A DNA stretch of 64,000 bases, taken from positions 586,232-650,231 of the forward strand of contig CAWEJL010000005.1 in assembly GCA_963809385.1 (NCBI GenBank), in the 5' to 3' direction. Made by a program: the position numbers and the translations under genes. How positions within the stretch are numbered: the first letter of the stretch is position 1; each line of letters begins with the position of its first letter. The stretch comes from an uncultured Chloroflexia bacterium. Lineage in GTDB: Bacteria; Chloroflexota; Ktedonobacteria; Ktedonobacterales; JADMIN01. This document shows positions 9,542 to 19,078 of this stretch, piece by piece. The notes under the pieces were generated by a model. The model saw only the letters and a program-made list of their open reading frames with translations. It had not been told where the DNA came from and ran no database searches.

Positions 9542-11538
9542 CTAGCGCAGGCTGTTCAGGCGGCGCTCAGCCTCATCGAGCGAGATGCGCCCGTTGCGCA
9601 GATCCTCCAGCACCTGCCGGCGCACCGAGTCGGCGTCCTGCGCGCCAGAGGGAGCGGCGCCAGCGCTCCACGCCTGCTCGGCGGCGGGCTGGTCATCCTG
9701 CTCGATGCGCACACGCTGCGCGCCACCGCTGGGCCGCGCGCCCGCTGTCCGCCGGTCGAGGAGGATGAGCCGCCACCGCGCGGCTCCCACTCGCGGCGCA
9801 CCTTGCCGAACGCCTCTTCCAGATCGCCCATCGCGCGCTCGATGGTCGTGCGCACCTCGCGGCCTACCGCGTCCCAGTCGGTCTCACGCGCGCGCTTGGC
9901 AGCCGCGTCAGCGTACTTGCGCGCCTCTTCGCCAGCGCGGCGAGCAAGCTGCTCCGCGCGGTCGCGCAGCGCGTCGAGCTGCTCGCTATACTCACCGGAA
10001 GCGTGCGCCCCGCGACCGCGCTCCCATTCGAGGTTGAACTCGCGCGCTTGCTCCTCTTCCTCTGGCGTGAACGGCCCCTTGAACTGGAAGCCAGCGCGGT
10101 TCGGGCCATTCTGGACCCGCACACGGAACTTGCGCCCCGCGACATTCTCCCTCGAAGGTACGCCCGCCCTCCGCGTCACCTTGTCCCTGCTCGTCCTGCT
10201 TGTCGAAGTCGTCGCTCATGCTCTCGTCTCCTCGGTCGCCATCCGCGGCGACAATCGTGATGTCGCCGCCACTCTGCAAAGTCACCGTCGCCGCGCCCGT
10301 TCCCAGCGCGCCGACCAGATTGCGCCGCCGCCCGCGTTCCACCGTCAACGGCAGCCGCGTATGAATCTCCCCACCGAAGCTCTGCGCCACGAAGCGCGCA
10401 TTTACTTCACCGCGCACGCGCAGCGAGATGTCACCACCGCGTTGATGATGTATTTCGACTCAGGCCGCAGCAGCGTATCGAGCTGCGCGTCGCCGCCAGC
10501 GCGCGAGACTGGACACGCCACCCGGCGCGCGCTCCACTTCGAGGTCGCCACTCACACACCGATGCTCACTGCGACCAAATGTGTTGGTCAGATTAGCGTC
10601 GCCACCGACCGTCTCGAAGGTCGACGCGCCCGCGATGCCATCCAGCTCCAGGTCGCCGCCGATCACCCGGCCCGCGATCTCGCGCGCGTCGTTGACTCTC
10701 TAGGTCGCCGCCGTCGTCGTCAGGCGAATCAGCCCGTCGATCTCGCCGCGCCTCCAGATCGCCGCCGACGGCCCCTCCAGCGTGACCGAGCTCCGCAGCG
10801 CTCGATCTGCGCGTCGCCGCCGACCGCCTCGGTGACGTCAGCGCGCCAATCCGCCGCGCCTCCAGATCACCGCCAACCGCCCCAGCATGACGAAGGACGT
10901 AATGCCATCCAGCCAGGCGTCGCCGCTCGTCGCCTCCACCTCCAGCTGCTCAGCGCGCTCCACGGTGAGATCGCCACCCACCCAGGTTATCCGCGCCGAC
11001 CGCACATCCTCGATGCGCGCGTCGCGCTGCACGCGATTGACGCGCACCACGCCGTCCAGCCGCTCGCAGTGGAGGTCACCCTCCACCTCGCGCACGACCA
11101 CCATCACACCGTCGGCGTATGGAGCTCGGTCGCGCCGGGCAGGCGATTGAAGCGCATACCGTCGCTGAGCGGCGTTGTCTCGATATCTTCATGCCAGCGC
11201 CGCGCCGTCACCGTCACCTGATCCGCGCCGCCGATGATCGTCAGCGAGCCTTCAACCTGCCCAATCTCGATCCGCAGCGGCTGCTCGGCCTCCGGCTGCT
11301 CGGCCTCCGGCTGGGGGCCGCTCGTCGCTTCCGGTTGAGCCACCACAGCCTCTTCGGGGGGAGCCGAACCAGCGGCGTCAGTCACGGCGCCTTCTTCTAC
11401 GACAGGGTGGCCAATGGGTTGCGCGCTCGGCGAAAACGGGCCGCCGGCTGGCTCGCTCATCGCCTCTTCCGTCGCTGGCGCGCCCTGAGACTCGCTCTCT
11501 GGCCGGGACGCCTCATCCCTTGGGTCCATAGAATCCAT
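9542..11538 (-). pseudogene. DUF4097-like beta-helix repeat protein with coiled-coil and SHOCT-like C-terminal tail; at least six frame disruptions
   Basis: ORF pieces 11104..11580, 10838..11107, 10460..10666, 9992..10417, 9556..10179 and 9542..9790 read as one protein. Recurring GGDL/GGDA/GGDI/SGDL repeat cores are followed by an acidic/charged helical region and ...RRQVLEDLRNGRISLDEAERRLNSLR. Start ATG 11538 preceded by CAGGAGAG. Confidence 0.65.
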
Positions 11539-11595
11539 GCTGATCTCTCCTGTCCACCTGGCGGACCATCTCCACCACACCGCTTGATCGCCCGC

Positions 11596-12081
11596 CTAGC
11601 GGTCCTCATCAGTCAGCGCATGGGCGCGCGCCAGCATCTCATGCGCTTCCTCGGCGCTGACACGTCCCGCCGCCAGCTCGCTCAGGATCTCGCGCCGCAC
11701 CCGCCGCCGCTCGGCTGGCCCTGGCTCCTCGTCACCGCCGAAGCCCATCGCGTCAAGCGTCGCGTTCAGCCGCGAGCGCACCGTCGGATAGGACACGCCC
11801 AGCATATCCTCGACATTCTTGATGACCCCACGGCAGCGCATAAAGACCTCGACAAACTCCAACTGTTCGTCATCCAGTCGCGTCAGCCTGCCAAAGCGTG
11901 CCACATCGCCGCGCGCGACGCCCCCAAGCTGCCCCGACTTGCGCGTCCCTTCGCCCCCGCTCGCCAGCGTCTCGAACGCGCCTTCCAGTGCGCTGCCGCA
12001 GCGGTCACAGCTTAATCGCGTGATCGTCAAATGATCGCCGCACACCGGGCATGAGTCAGGCGCTTTCCACGTCTGTGGCAT
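11596..12081 (-). CDS. DUF2089-type zinc-ribbon/HTH DNA-binding protein
   Basis: CPVCG...CDRCG zinc ribbon. Then LDDEQLEFVEVFMRCRGVIKNVEDMLGVSYPTVRSRL (HTH). The C-terminal helix REILSELAAGRVSAEEAHEMLA resembles the tail of the downstream protein. Confidence 0.75.
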   Translation of the reverse strand: MPQTWKAPDSCPVCGDHLTITRLSCDRCGSALEGAFETLASGGEGTRKSGQLGGVARGDVARFGRLTRLDDEQLEFVEVFMRCRGVIKNVEDMLGVSYPTVRSRLNATLDAMGFGGDEEPGPAERRRVRREILSELAAGRVSAEEAHEMLARAHALTDEDR

Positions 12082-12202
12082 CGCGAACGCCCTCTCCTGA
12101 TATCACTAACCGCCCGCCACCTTCGCTGGCGCAAGACCAGCGCTCTGGCTTTAATCCGAGCATACCCTGAATAACTTAACTTTGTCAATACTAATTCAAT
12201 AA

Positions 12203-12236
12203 TTGTGATGAAATATTAACAATATCAATATCACAA
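12203..12236. promoter_or_regulatory. nested palindrome in an AT-rich island, candidate operator in a divergent promoter region
   Basis: TTGTGAT (12203-12209) / ATCACAA (12230-12236) enclose ATATT-aac-AATAT. Sits in a ~110-bp AT-rich stretch (12150-12260), unlike the GC-rich sequence on either side. Confidence 0.35.
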
Positions 12237-12491
12237 ACATTCGCGGCAGGTCGCGCGGCGCGCGTGATTCACCGCGCGGTAGTACTCTTTGGATATCAGA
12301 CGGCCTCTCGCGTATCTCTACCGCCGTGCGCTCGTATGTATCTGAGGCAAGACATCATGGCGCGGAGTTGACCCGCATCCCCAGCGGCATACCCCCATGC
12401 GCCTACGTCATTACCCACCCCGGACTTATCCGGTTCCTCTTTATTTTTCATTCGTTCATCCTTCCAACCACACAACAGAAGAGGCATCATC

Positions 12492-12860
12492 ATGGCTGTC
12501 ACGCAACACAAGCCACGCAAAACCGAGCTTTCCCCGGTCGAGGCGCTGGTCGTCGAGCGCCGTCTGAACGAAGAGGCCCGCGCGAGCGCGACCGGTGGCG
12601 CGCTCGCGCGCATCCAGGCGCTTACCAAGGAGCGGCAGAAGCTCTACGCCAAAGCCGCTTCACATCCCTACCAGGCGTACAACAACCGCGCGCGCATCAT
12701 GGCCATCAGCGCCGAGATCGAAGCGCTGTGGGAGGCGCTGCGCCGCGAGCGCGCTGGCCGCCGCACCCAGATCGAGCGCTCGCTCAACGTCAACCCCGAG
12801 GACGACGAGCAGCCACGCGCCCAGCCCGCGATCACCATCGGCTCAACCGACGCCGCTTGA
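12492..12860 (+). CDS. hypothetical protein (helical, charged)
   Basis: 122-aa ORF with protein-like composition and AGAAGAGG 6-13 nt upstream. No family recognised. Confidence 0.5.
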   Translation: MAVTQHKPRKTELSPVEALVVERRLNEEARASATGGALARIQALTKERQKLYAKAASHPYQAYNNRARIMAISAEIEALWEALRRERAGRRTQIERSLNVNPEDDEQPRAQPAITIGSTDAA

Positions 12861-12987
12861 TTCGCGCTCCGAGCGCGACGCGTTCACATGCGAGGCCGCG
12901 TGACCCCCGAGTTTTCGGGGGATCGCGCGGCCTCATCGCATATCACAAGATTGCGCGTTCTCAGCGCCAACGCCATAGTACTGCGTA

Positions 12988-13316
12988 TTACGCCGTCCAG
13001 ACGTAGACCAGCAACCCTGGCTCCGGTTGATAGCCCAGCTTGCGGTTGATCGCCAGCATCGGCGCGTTCTCCGAGTCGTTGTGCGTGCGGATACAGGGGG
13101 CGCGGGAGCGTCAGCGCCAGCGATGGGACGCAGCTTGAGCGCCTGCGCCAGCCGCCCGCGGTATAGCTCGCGAAGGCGGGCTTCGTAGCCGCCAGGCCTT
13201 AGCCGCGGATTTATCCGCCAGGCGGCGTCCCACGACAATTCACAAGCCCTGACCACTCCTCTTGCGAGCGCGCCATGCGGCGCCGCACAATGAAAGCCGC
13301 GCGATTGGCGCGCCAT
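12988..13316 (-). pseudogene. GNAT acetyltransferase remnant (C-terminal part only, frameshifted)
   Basis: Hand translation of the minus strand ends ...RTHNDSENAPMLAINRKLGYQPEPGLLVYVWTA* (stop at 12988-12990). An upstream piece YRGRLAQALKL lies in another frame. There is no room for a full N-terminal domain before tyrS. Confidence 0.4.
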
Positions 13317-13363
13317 TCAGGCCCCGCGCGGGGCCAAAGTGAGGGAAGAGCAGAGAAACAGCC

Positions 13364-14674
13364 ATGTCGAGCAAGGCGCAAGCCGGAACAAAGCCCCCGA
13401 CCAACGTGATCGCCACGCTCCAGGAGCGCGGCCTCATCAGCCAGATCACCGAGAGCGGCCTGTATGAGGCCGCCGCGAGTGAGCGGCTGACGGTCTATTG
13501 CGGCTTTGATCCCACCCGGCCAAGCCTGCAGATCGGCAACGTCGTCCCCGTCATCCTCCTCTCCCACTTCCAGCGCGCGGGCCACCGCCCGATTCTGGTG
13601 GTCGGTGGCGGCACGGGTATGATCGGTGACCCGAGCGGCAAGTCCGAGGAGCGAACGCTGCAGACCATCGAGCAAATCGCCGCCAACGCCGAGCGCGTCC
13701 GCGCGCAGCTCGCTGGCTACCTCTCGTTCGAGGGCGAGAACGCAGCCATCATGGTCAACAACGCCGACTGGCTCGGTAAAGTGACGCTGCTGGAGTACCT
13801 GCGCGATGTCGGCAAGCACTTCACCGTCAACCACATGATGGCCAAGGAGTCGGTGCGCAGCCGCGTGGAGAGCGGCGAGGATGGTATCTCCTACACTGAA
13901 TTCAGCTACATGATCCTCCAGGCGATGGACTTCCAGCATCTCTTCGACACCTACGGCTGCACGATCCAGGTCGGCGGCAACGACCAGTGGGGAAACCTGA
14001 TCTCCGGCGTAGAGTTGATCCGCAAGACGCGCGAGGCGCGCGTCCACGCGCTAACCGCGCCGCTCGTCACCTCCGCCACCGGAACCAAGCTGGGCAAGAC
14101 GGAGAAAGGCGCGCTCTACCTCGACCCGGAGCTGACCTCGCCTTACGAGATGTACCAGTATTGGATCAACACCGACGACCGCGACGCCGGGAACTACCTC
14201 AAGGTATTCACGTTCCTCCCGCTGGATGAGATCGCCGGCCTGGAGAGCCAGCAAGCGGAGAACCCATCAAGCCGGGTGACGCAGCGCAGGTTGGCCTACG
14301 AGATCACACGCCTCGTCCACGGCGCGGCGGCTGCGGACGGCGTAGCGGCGGCGTCGAATGCGCTATTCGGCGCGGGCGTCGCCGAGTTGACGCTGGAGTC
14401 GCTGCCCTACCTGGCGCAGGCTGTGCCGGTCGCCAGCGTCGCGCCGTCCGCCATCGCGGAGGGACTCTCACCGCTCGACGCGCTCGTAACATCGGGCCTC
14501 CAGCCCTCGCGCGGCGCGGCGAAGCGGCTGATCCAGCAGGGCGGCCTCTACGTCAACGACGAGCGCTGGGCCGACGCCGACCGCGCCATCACGCGCGAGC
14601 AGGCGCTCTTCGGCCGGGCGCTGCTGCTGCGCGCGGGCAAGAACCGCGTCAGCCTGCTGATGATCGAGGGCTAA
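13364..14674 (+). CDS. tyrS: tyrosine--tRNA ligase
   Basis: 436 aa. YCGFDPT..SLQIGN, GGGTGMIGDPSGKSEER, a KLGKT (KMSKS-like) loop, and a C-terminal S4-like domain. Confidence 0.95.
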   Translation: MSSKAQAGTKPPTNVIATLQERGLISQITESGLYEAAASERLTVYCGFDPTRPSLQIGNVVPVILLSHFQRAGHRPILVVGGGTGMIGDPSGKSEERTLQTIEQIAANAERVRAQLAGYLSFEGENAAIMVNNADWLGKVTLLEYLRDVGKHFTVNHMMAKESVRSRVESGEDGISYTEFSYMILQAMDFQHLFDTYGCTIQVGGNDQWGNLISGVELIRKTREARVHALTAPLVTSATGTKLGKTEKGALYLDPELTSPYEMYQYWINTDDRDAGNYLKVFTFLPLDEIAGLESQQAENPSSRVTQRRLAYEITRLVHGAAAADGVAAASNALFGAGVAELTLESLPYLAQAVPVASVAPSAIAEGLSPLDALVTSGLQPSRGAAKRLIQQGGLYVNDERWADADRAITREQALFGRALLLRAGKNRVSLLMIEG

Positions 14675-14703
14675 TCACCCAAGCGAAAGGACCGACACAG
14701 GCT

Positions 14704-15357
14704 ATGGCGCAGTTGCTCGCCCTGGACATCCCGGCGCCCCACGGCATCCTCGACGGGCTGCTGCGTCTGCCTGATACCCCGCCCGGCGCGCCGGAAACGC
14801 CGCGCATGGCGGCGCTCGTCTGCCATCCGCACCCGCAATTCGGCGGCACGATGCACAACAAGGTTGTCTTCCGCATCACGCAGGCGCTGGTAGACCTCGG
14901 CATGCCCGCCCTGCGCTTCAACTTTCGCGGCGTGGGCCGCAGCACAGGCGTGTACGATGAGGGGCGCGGCGAGGCCGATGACGTCCGCGCCGCGCTCGAT
15001 ACACTGACCGATCGCTACCCTGGTATCCCGCTGCTGCTGGCCGGCTTTTCCTTCGGGGCATGGATCGGCCTGCCGGTAGGCTGCGCCGACCCGCGTGTCA
15101 CCCATCTCGTTGGCGCCGGCATCCCCGTCTCATTGCTCTCTACCGATGAACTGGCGGGCTGTGGCAAGCCCAAGCTGATCGTCCAGGGCGCGCTGGACCA
15201 GTATGGCCCCCAGCCTGCGCTGGAAGCCTGGTACGCCCGCATCCCTGACCCCAAGCGCCTCGCCGTCATCCCCGACGCCGACCACTTCTTCACCCACCAG
15301 CAGAACGAGCTATACGAGGCGGTCGTCGCGGGCGTGCGGGATATCACAGCGCGCTAG
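14704..15357 (+). CDS. alpha/beta hydrolase
   Basis: 217 aa. HPHPQFGGTMHNKV, nucleophile elbow GFSFGA, C-terminal DADHFF. Confidence 0.7.
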   Translation: MAQLLALDIPAPHGILDGLLRLPDTPPGAPETPRMAALVCHPHPQFGGTMHNKVVFRITQALVDLGMPALRFNFRGVGRSTGVYDEGRGEADDVRAALDTLTDRYPGIPLLLAGFSFGAWIGLPVGCADPRVTHLVGAGIPVSLLSTDELAGCGKPKLIVQGALDQYGPQPALEAWYARIPDPKRLAVIPDADHFFTHQQNELYEAVVAGVRDITAR

Positions 15358-15424
15358 GCGTATGAGAGAAAAAGGTGGCCCGCCCCGGTTGCGCGGGCGG
15401 TCGCGGTGTGTTATCATGGCATGC

Positions 15425-15515
15425 GGAAGGGTGTCCGAGTGGTTTATGGTGCCGCTCTCGAAAAGCGGTGCGCCTGAATAGGGCGCCGTGGGTTCAAATC
15501 CCACCCCTTCCGCCA
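15425..15515 (+). tRNA. tRNA-Ser (anticodon CGA), CCA encoded
   Basis: Hand fold: acceptor GGAAGGG/CCCTTCC, anticodon arm CCGCT-CTCGAAA-AGCGG, long variable arm TGCGCCTGAATAGGGCGCC, T arm GTGGG-TTCAAAT-CCCAC. Confidence 0.9.
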
Positions 15516-15597
15516 CGACGGGCCAGAGAAGATGGCGAACCGGCGCTCGCTTGTCACGCTGGCCGCTCGCTCACTGGCGCGCTCGACGAAGTCCCAC

Positions 15598-15687
15598 GGA
15601 GGAGTCCCATAGAGGCCTAGTGGGCGCGACTGGAAATCGCGTGCGCCTGAAAGGGCGCCGTGGGTTCGAATCCCACCTCCTCCGCCA
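15598..15687 (+). tRNA. tRNA-Ser (anticodon GGA), CCA encoded
   Basis: Acceptor GGAGGAG/CTCCTCC, anticodon arm CGCGA-CTGGAAA-TCGCG, long variable arm, T arm GTGGG-TTCGAAT-CCCAC. Confidence 0.9.
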
Positions 15688-15905
15688 CCAATCCTACTCC
15701 ACGTTCAGCGGCCACGACAGCATGTCGCGGTCGCTGATTCGTTTCTCCCCACATCTTCTATCGCGTACCTGCAGACAGCAAACTGGCCGCAACCCCTTCG
15801 CCCCTCCCTCGTACTCCCTCATGAAGACGCCCGCAGCGCCGCAGCCCACCTGGACTCGCCAGGCGCGACCACGAAAGCGCTCCGCTGGGCATTCCGGAGG
15901 AAACC

Positions 15906-16298
15906 ATGAGCCAAGAATATTCCGCGTATCCCCAGGCGCCCGCCGCGCAGCGCCCTGGAGGCTTCGACCACAGCCTCGTCACCGGCGCGTTCGAGCTACC
16001 CGGCTACACCGTCGTCCGCAACTTCGGCATCGTGCGCGGCATCATCGTGCGCTCGCGCAGTATCGTCGGCCAGATCGGCGCCGGATTCCAGCAGCTCGTC
16101 GGCGGCAACATCTCGCTCTATACCCAGCTCTGCGAGCGCGCCCGCAGTGACGCCTACGAACTGATGATTCAGCACACCGCGCAGCTTGGCGCCAACGGCG
16201 TCATCGGCGTGCGCTACGACGCCACCGAGATCGCTCCAGGCGTCACCGAGGTACTGTGCTACGGCACCGCCGTCTACGTCACTCCGCGCCAGAGCTAA
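15906..16298 (+). CDS. YbjQ/UPF0145 family protein
   Basis: 130 aa. [35 protein letters not shown]...[10 protein letters not shown] is characteristic of the YbjQ family. Confidence 0.8.
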   Translation: MSQEYSAYPQAPAAQRPGGFDHSLVTGAFELPGYTVVRNFGIVRGIIVRSRSIVGQIGAGFQQLVGGNISLYTQLCERARSDAYELMIQHTAQLGANGVIGVRYDATEIAPGVTEVLCYGTAVYVTPRQS

Positions 16299-16395
16299 AC
16301 TGACATCTCGCAAACATCCGGCGCGGCGGTTGACATATCCGCCGCGCTCCTGTAGAGTGACGCCAACACCTTTTTACCCAAGCTGGAGAACACCG

Positions 16396-16464
16396 ATGAG
16401 CGCCATTAGCGTCCTCAACATCATCACGCGCGCCACCACCCAGACTACGACCACTACTGGGTGA
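16396..16464 (+). CDS. thrL: putative threonine-operon leader peptide MSAISVLNIITRATTQTTTTTG
   Basis: 22 codons. GGAGAA 5 nt upstream of the ATG. 8 Thr among the last 12 codons and 3 Ile. A strong terminator follows, just upstream of thrA. Confidence 0.55.
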   Translation: MSAISVLNIITRATTQTTTTTG

Positions 16465-16495
16465 GGTCGGCGCGCGCGTTTTTCCAGCCTTTCGT

Positions 16496-16531
16496 GAGCC
16501 GGCCCGACAACACGGGCCGGCTCTCTTTTTT
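16496..16531 (+). terminator. intrinsic terminator / attenuator upstream of thrA
   Basis: GAGCCGGCCCG-ACAACA-CGGGCCGGCTC (perfect 11-bp stem) followed by TCTTTTTT. Lies 30 nt before the thrA ATG. Confidence 0.65.
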
Positions 16532-16561
16532 GTCTGGCAGCCTTCGCGGAGGGGAGATGAC

Positions 16562-19078
16562 ATGCGGGTACTCAAGTTCGGCGGCTCATCCGTCGGGACG
16601 CCAGAGCGTGTGCGCGACGTGGGCGCCATCATCCAGCGCCGGTATGAAGAGACGAAGGGCGACGTGCTCGTCGTCGTCTCCGCTTTTCAGGGCGTGACCG
16701 ACGAGCTGTGCGCGCTGCCCGCGCTCGCCGCCAGTGGCGCCGATTACGGCCCGCGTCTGGCTGCGGTGGAGCGCCGCCACATCGCCGCCGTCGAGGATTT
16801 GCTCCCGCCGGGCGCCCGCGAACCCGCGATGGATGGCGTCCGCGCGACGCTGGCGGAAGTGGACGCACTGCTGGACGGGGCGCGTGGCGCAGGACAGGTC
16901 TCGCCCGCGCTTGCCGACGCCGTGATGAGCGCGGGTGAGCGCCTCTCCGCCCAGATCGTCGCCGCCAGCCTGCGCGCCGCTGGCCTCCCCGCGCTGTACC
17001 TCGACACCCGCCCGCTGATCCTCACCAACGACCACTTCGGCGCGGCCCACGTCCAGTCCGCCGCCACGTACCAGCGCATCGAGGCCTGGCGCGCCTCGCT
17101 GGCGGGGGACCACCCCGGCGGCGCGCCGTTCGCCGTCGCGACGGGCTTCATCGGCGCGACGGCTGACGGCCAGACCACCACGCTCGGTCGCGGCGGTTCC
17201 GACTACACCGCCGCGCTCTTCGGCGCCGCGCTGGACGCGGACGAGATCGAGATATGGACGGATGTGGATGGTGTGATGAGCGCCGACCCGCGCGCCGTCC
17301 CCGACGCCTTCACCCTCCCCGCGCTGACCTACGCCGAGGCGATGGAGCTGGCGCACTTCGGCGCGAAAGTCATCTTCCCGCCCACGATGCGCCCCGCGAT
17401 GGCGAAGTCCATCCCCCTCCGCGTCAAGAACACTTTCAACCCTGATGGCCCGAACACGCGCATCGCCGCCACGCGCCCACCATTCGACCGCCCGATCTCC
17501 GGCCTGACCTCGATCAGCGATATCACGCTGCTGCGGCTGGAGGGCAGTGGCATGATCGGCATTCCAGGCGTCGCCCAACGGCTCTTCGGCGCGCTGGCCC
17601 GCCAGCGCATCAACATTATCCTCGTCACCCAGGCATCATCCGAACATTCCATCTGCCTTGCGCTCGACCCGCGCTCAACCGCTGAAGCCTGCGAAGCCAT
17701 CGAAGCTGAGTTCGCGGAAGAGATGATTGCGGGCGAGGTTGACCCGGTCGTCATTCAGCCCGACTGCGCCATCATCGCGGTCGTAGGCGAGACGATGCGC
17801 CAGCGGCCCGGCATCGCCGGCGCGATCTTCTCCGCGCTGGGCCAGCGCGGCGTCAACGTCATCGCCATCGCCCAGGGCTCATCCGAGCTCAACATCTCGC
17901 AGGTCATCGCCCGCGATGACGAGGCCCGCGCGCTCAACGCCATCCACGACGCCTTCTTCACCGCTCACCGCCCCGAAGTCAACGTCTTCCTCGCCGGTAC
18001 CGGCCTCGTCGGCTCGGCGCTGCTGCGCCAGATCGCGGAGCTAGCCGCCGCGCCTGATGGCGACGGCCCGCGCGTGCGGTTGCGCGGCCTCATCACCACC
18101 TCCCGCATGCTGCTAGCGGCGAACGGCGCCGACCTGGCGCCCGCCACCTGGCGCGACGACCTCGCCAGCATGGGCCAGCCCGCCGATCTGGACGCCTTCG
18201 CCGCCCGCGTCCTCGCCACGCGCCTGCCCAACGTCACCTTGGTAGATTGCACCGCCAGCGACACCCTGCCCGCGCGCTACGTCGACCTGCTGCGCGCTGG
18301 GGTCAACGTCGTTACGCCGAACAAGCGCGGCCCGGCGGGAACACTCGCCCTGGCGGCGGAGAGCCGGGGCCTCGCCCAGCGCTCCGGCGCGCGCTACCTC
18401 TACGAGACGACCGTCGGCGCCGCGCTGCCGGTCATCAGCTCCCTACGCGACCTGCTGGCCACCGGCGATGCGATCGAGCGCGTCGAGGGCGTCCTCTCCG
18501 GCACGCTCAGCTACCTCTTCAACAGCTTCGATGGCGCCCAACCGTTCAGCGAGCTCGTGCGCGACGCCCAGCGGCGCGGCTACACCGAGCCGGATCCACG
18601 CGACGACCTTGGCGGCGTGGATGTCGCCCGCAAACTGCTGATTCTGGCGCGTGAGCTAGGCCTGCCGCTGGAGCTACGCGACGTTCGCGTCGAGCCGCTG
18701 CTCTCGGAGGCATGCCTGCGCGCGCCAAGCGTCGAGGCGTTCTACGATGCGCTGGCGGAGGACGACGCGCGCTTCGAGGCCCAGCGCGCGGAGGCCGCAA
18801 CTTCCGGGCGCATCCTGCGCTACATCGCCCGGCTGGAGGATGGTGAGGCAAGCGTCAGCCTGCAAGCCGTCGCGCTGGACAGCCCCTTTGCGCGGCTCTC
18901 TGGAGCCGACAACATGATCGCCTTCACCACCCGCCGCTACCACGAGCGCCCGCTGGTCATCCAGGGGCCTGGCGCGGGAGCCGAGGTAACAGCGGCGGGC
19001 GTCCTGGCGGAGATCCTGCGTGTGGCGCAAAGCCCAATCACGCCCCGCGCGCTCCACGCGAAGGAGGAGCCACGATGA
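16562..19078 (+). CDS. thrA: bifunctional aspartate kinase / homoserine dehydrogenase
   Basis: 838 aa. N-terminal MRVLKFGGSSVG aspartokinase, ACT region, and C-terminal HSD (VFLAGTGLVGSAL..., NKRGPAG). GGAGGGGAG upstream. Confidence 0.95.
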   Translation: MRVLKFGGSSVGTPERVRDVGAIIQRRYEETKGDVLVVVSAFQGVTDELCALPALAASGADYGPRLAAVERRHIAAVEDLLPPGAREPAMDGVRATLAEVDALLDGARGAGQVSPALADAVMSAGERLSAQIVAASLRAAGLPALYLDTRPLILTNDHFGAAHVQSAATYQRIEAWRASLAGDHPGGAPFAVATGFIGATADGQTTTLGRGGSDYTAALFGAALDADEIEIWTDVDGVMSADPRAVPDAFTLPALTYAEAMELAHFGAKVIFPPTMRPAMAKSIPLRVKNTFNPDGPNTRIAATRPPFDRPISGLTSISDITLLRLEGSGMIGIPGVAQRLFGALARQRINIILVTQASSEHSICLALDPRSTAEACEAIEAEFAEEMIAGEVDPVVIQPDCAIIAVVGETMRQRPGIAGAIFSALGQRGVNVIAIAQGSSELNISQVIARDDEARALNAIHDAFFTAHRPEVNVFLAGTGLVGSALLRQIAELAAAPDGDGPRVRLRGLITTSRMLLAANGADLAPATWRDDLASMGQPADLDAFAARVLATRLPNVTLVDCTASDTLPARYVDLLRAGVNVVTPNKRGPAGTLALAAESRGLAQRSGARYLYETTVGAALPVISSLRDLLATGDAIERVEGVLSGTLSYLFNSFDGAQPFSELVRDAQRRGYTEPDPRDDLGGVDVARKLLILARELGLPLELRDVRVEPLLSEACLRAPSVEAFYDALAEDDARFEAQRAEAATSGRILRYIARLEDGEASVSLQAVALDSPFARLSGADNMIAFTTRRYHERPLVIQGPGAGAEVTAAGVLAEILRVAQSPITPRALHAKEEPR

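Noticed and set aside
9803-11221. 472-aa plus-strand ORF across the DUF4097-like locus
   Set aside because: Arg/Ser/Ala/Pro-rich nonsense-like composition. The minus strand carries recognisable repeat-protein text despite its frame breaks.
12203-12236. CRP/FNR-type binding site (TGTGA...TCACA)
   Set aside because: The half-sites match TGTGA/TCACA, but the spacer is 20-22 nt instead of 6. I keep it only as a generic palindromic operator candidate.
13260-13363. T-box riboswitch upstream of tyrS
   Set aside because: Only ~100 nt are available. There is no T-box consensus and no specifier/terminator architecture. The GGCCCCGCGCGGGGCC palindrome at 13320-13335 lacks a U-tract.
13211-14047. 278-aa minus-strand ORF opposite tyrS
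   Set aside because: It is antisense to an unambiguous tyrosyl-tRNA synthetase and has no motifs.
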